Shown one piece after another: positions 61,422-64,000 of a stretch of 64,000 nucleotides of DNA. The DNA is taken from contig JBODTK010000136.1 in NCBI GenBank assembly GCA_050613775.1, positions 248,001-312,000 of the forward strand, written 5' to 3'. How positions within the stretch are numbered: the first letter of the stretch is position 1; each line of letters starts with the position of its first letter. Under the pieces are notes generated by a model. It did not search any database. It was not told where the DNA came from and saw only the letters and a list, made by a program, of their open reading frames with translations. Origin of the DNA: Neocallimastix sp. 'constans'. Lineage: Eukaryota. A program made the translations under genes and the position numbers.

Positions 61422-62421
61422 ATTCTTTCTTTAATATACAGTAATAATAAATTAATAAATTAATTTATTTAAAGTTAGTACCTAATTTCGATTATAATAT
61501 ACTGGATTAATCTTTATTAACCTTACAATAATTACTAATACTTTTTAATATTACAAATTTTTATTTTAATAATGAAAATTTTCTAGGAATAAGCTATTAT
61601 TGAAAAATAAATAAACTAATTCAAAATAAAATTATTATTATATTATATAAATTTTAATAATAGCATTGTTATCTAAATATACATATATATATATATATTA
61701 TTTTATTTGTATTTGTATTTTTTTTTTTTTTTTCTGCTTTTGTTTTTCTTCATTTTAAAAATATAATTATTAATAATTTAATTTACTTAAATATTTTTAT
61801 TTATTATTTTCAATCATAATATATATATGATGTTTTCTTTTAATACTAATTTATTAAATACCTTTTAAGATAATATAAGAAAATAATTAATTTAATTAAT
61901 GTATGAATTGAAATCTGGCTAAATGATTTTAGTTCAAATTATAAATTTCAAATAAATATACTATCTTTGATAAACTTTTTTAAAAAATATTTAAAAATTA
62001 AAAAATAAAAATAAAAATAAAATAAGAATATATAAATTATATTATAATAATATATTGTAATATAAATTATTTAAATTATTTAAAATTTAATTATTTCATT
62101 TTATTTTATGTTTTGTAATATAAATTTTTATATACTCACAAAAAATAATTTTTTTTTTTTTTTAGCTAAATTTTAGTACTACTAAATATTTTTATTTTTT
62201 TTTGGTTTTATTATTATATTCCATATAAAGTTCAAAAAAACTTGATCTTTTTTAGCCAATCATATTATATAATTCATTAGAATAAATAACTTATTTTTTA
62301 TTATATTCAACCGAGAAATTTTTATTTCATTAATAATAAAAAATAATTTTGTATTAATACAAAAAAAATTTTTAATTAAATTTTTTTTTACCAATTTTAA
62401 ATAAAATTTTTTAATTTTTAG

Positions 62422-64000
62422 TTTTCCTACAACACCTATTACGAAATTGCCAACATCCATATTTAAAATTTAAACTATTTCTATAATATATACATTATAT
62501 ATAATTAATTTTCATAAAACTATTTTTTAAACTTTAATTTAAAGGATTTTATTCAATTACTGTTTAAATTATTTTAATATTATTTATAATACTGTTGTAT
62601 TTATCTATTCTTTTTTTTTTTTTTCATTCTTTGAATTTGATAATTAGTTTTCTAATAATTTTAGTTAAAATATATATTAATTGAAAATTAATATATAATT
62701 TTTATTATAAAGTAATTTGGATACTTGTTTGTATTATTCTGTTTCTATTTTATTTAAATTTTAATTATTATATGCATAAGTTATACTTTTTAATTGAGAA
62801 TAGCTATTATAAATTATTTAATTTGTTATGTATAATTTATTTTATTATTTTTATATGATTTTTACTTTAAAAAAAAAAAAATGGGGTCTTAGAAATCAAT
62901 TTTTGGATGAATTAAGAGATGCAGATGTATTAAATAAAATTGACTTACCAGAATCAGGAAAGAATATTGAAAATTTTTGTAGAAAATACGATGAAGCAAG
63001 TACTTTAATATTTCAAATTTAACATTGATAAATTATTTTTCTAATATTTAATAATAATAATAATATATTAAATAAATAATAATAAATTATCACAGGAAAG
63101 AGGTGTATTAACAAGCGCATTATCAGAATGTTTCTTCCGTATATTAGATAAACAGAAATTTATTAAATATTACGAAGGAACAGAATTTTTTGATTTAGCA
63201 GAAGATCAGATAAGTAATAATACTATTATTATTAATATTAATTATATTAAAGTAAAATATAATAATAAATAAATAAATAAAATTTAATATAGGTTGACCC
63301 ATCTCCAGAAGAAAAATTAAAAACACTTGACTATAAGCTAGAGGGTAATTTTTTTTTTCTTTTTATTGTTATTATTTTATTTCTATTTTTAAAATTTTTT
63401 TTTTATTAATTTTTATGAATTTTAAATGCAAATAATGGTTATACTAAAATACTAATGATAACATATTATAAAATATAATAAATATATAGTCGTTTAGAAA
63501 AAGTTCAAGATATGTTATTATTCAGATATAGTAACACTGGTGTTGTCGAATGCATTAGAAAAGCTGTTGAATGTCTTAATGTTATTCCAGTATTTCCAGT
63601 TAAAAACGTTAATCATTTCTCTTCAGGAAGATTGTTTGTATTCAAATATTTATTGATAATATTTTTATTTTATTATTATATTATTTTACTTACTAATATT
63701 AATTCTTATATTAAAAAAAAAAAAAAAAAATTTAATTATAATAATAGTGGTACTAAAACAGTATTTAGTGATTGCTTATTAGTTCCAGGTGGTACAACAG
63801 TACGTGAATTTGCTATAATTATTCATCCTGAATTAGATAAATATTATCAATATACTGAACTGTTGGATATATTAGAGTATTAGAGTATATATCAATTTGA
63901 ATGTTAATTTAATACTTTTATATATATTCATTATAAATATTAATTTATATATATTCATGTTTATTATTTGTAGCTTGGTGAAGATGATATTATAACATTG
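62422..64000 (+). pseudogene. Rearranged pseudogene of a YGR210C-like Obg-family GTPase (runs off the window end)
   Basis: Plus strand: GLRNQFLDELRDADVL fused directly to NKIDLPESGKNI; VLTSALSECF...IKYYEGTEF; LFRYSNTGV; VFSDCLLVPGGTTVREFA; LGEDDIIT. The N-terminal MDVGNFVIGVVGK is on the minus strand (62460-62422). No intact P-loop or DxxG; one donor reads ataagt; apparent 1-nt deletion near 63860. Confidence 0.78.

Overview
Extremely AT-rich, intron-containing eukaryotic DNA with long poly-A/T and (TAA)n tracts and Asn-rich proteins. The gene set and composition suggest an anaerobic gut fungus (Neocallimastigomycota); this is inference. Genes: 3' end of a coiled-coil protein; a MARK/KIN1-type kinase (kinase-UBA-KA1, minus); a ~1275-aa unknown protein with KERPPYDN repeats (minus); a ~1668-aa PAS + GATA zinc-finger factor; nucleoporin NDC1; deubiquitinase UBP3/USP10; TIM50 (minus); and a scrambled pseudogene of a YGR210C-like Obg GTPase. 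Two transposon islands lie between the genes. The one at ~9-15.4 kb holds a LINE 3' end next to a tRNA-Cys pseudogene, a non-autonomous LTR element encoding a catalytically dead retropepsin-like protein, a Ty3/gypsy gag relic and several perfect fold-back hairpins. The one at ~40.6-45 kb holds a 52-bp minisatellite, an internally deleted LINE and a Ty1/copia relic. Two TSD-flanked tRNA-derived SINEs have different heads and a shared 3' module; one ends in poly(A), the other in poly(T) and carries a CCA-terminated cloverleaf head. All calls were made by eye, without database searches.
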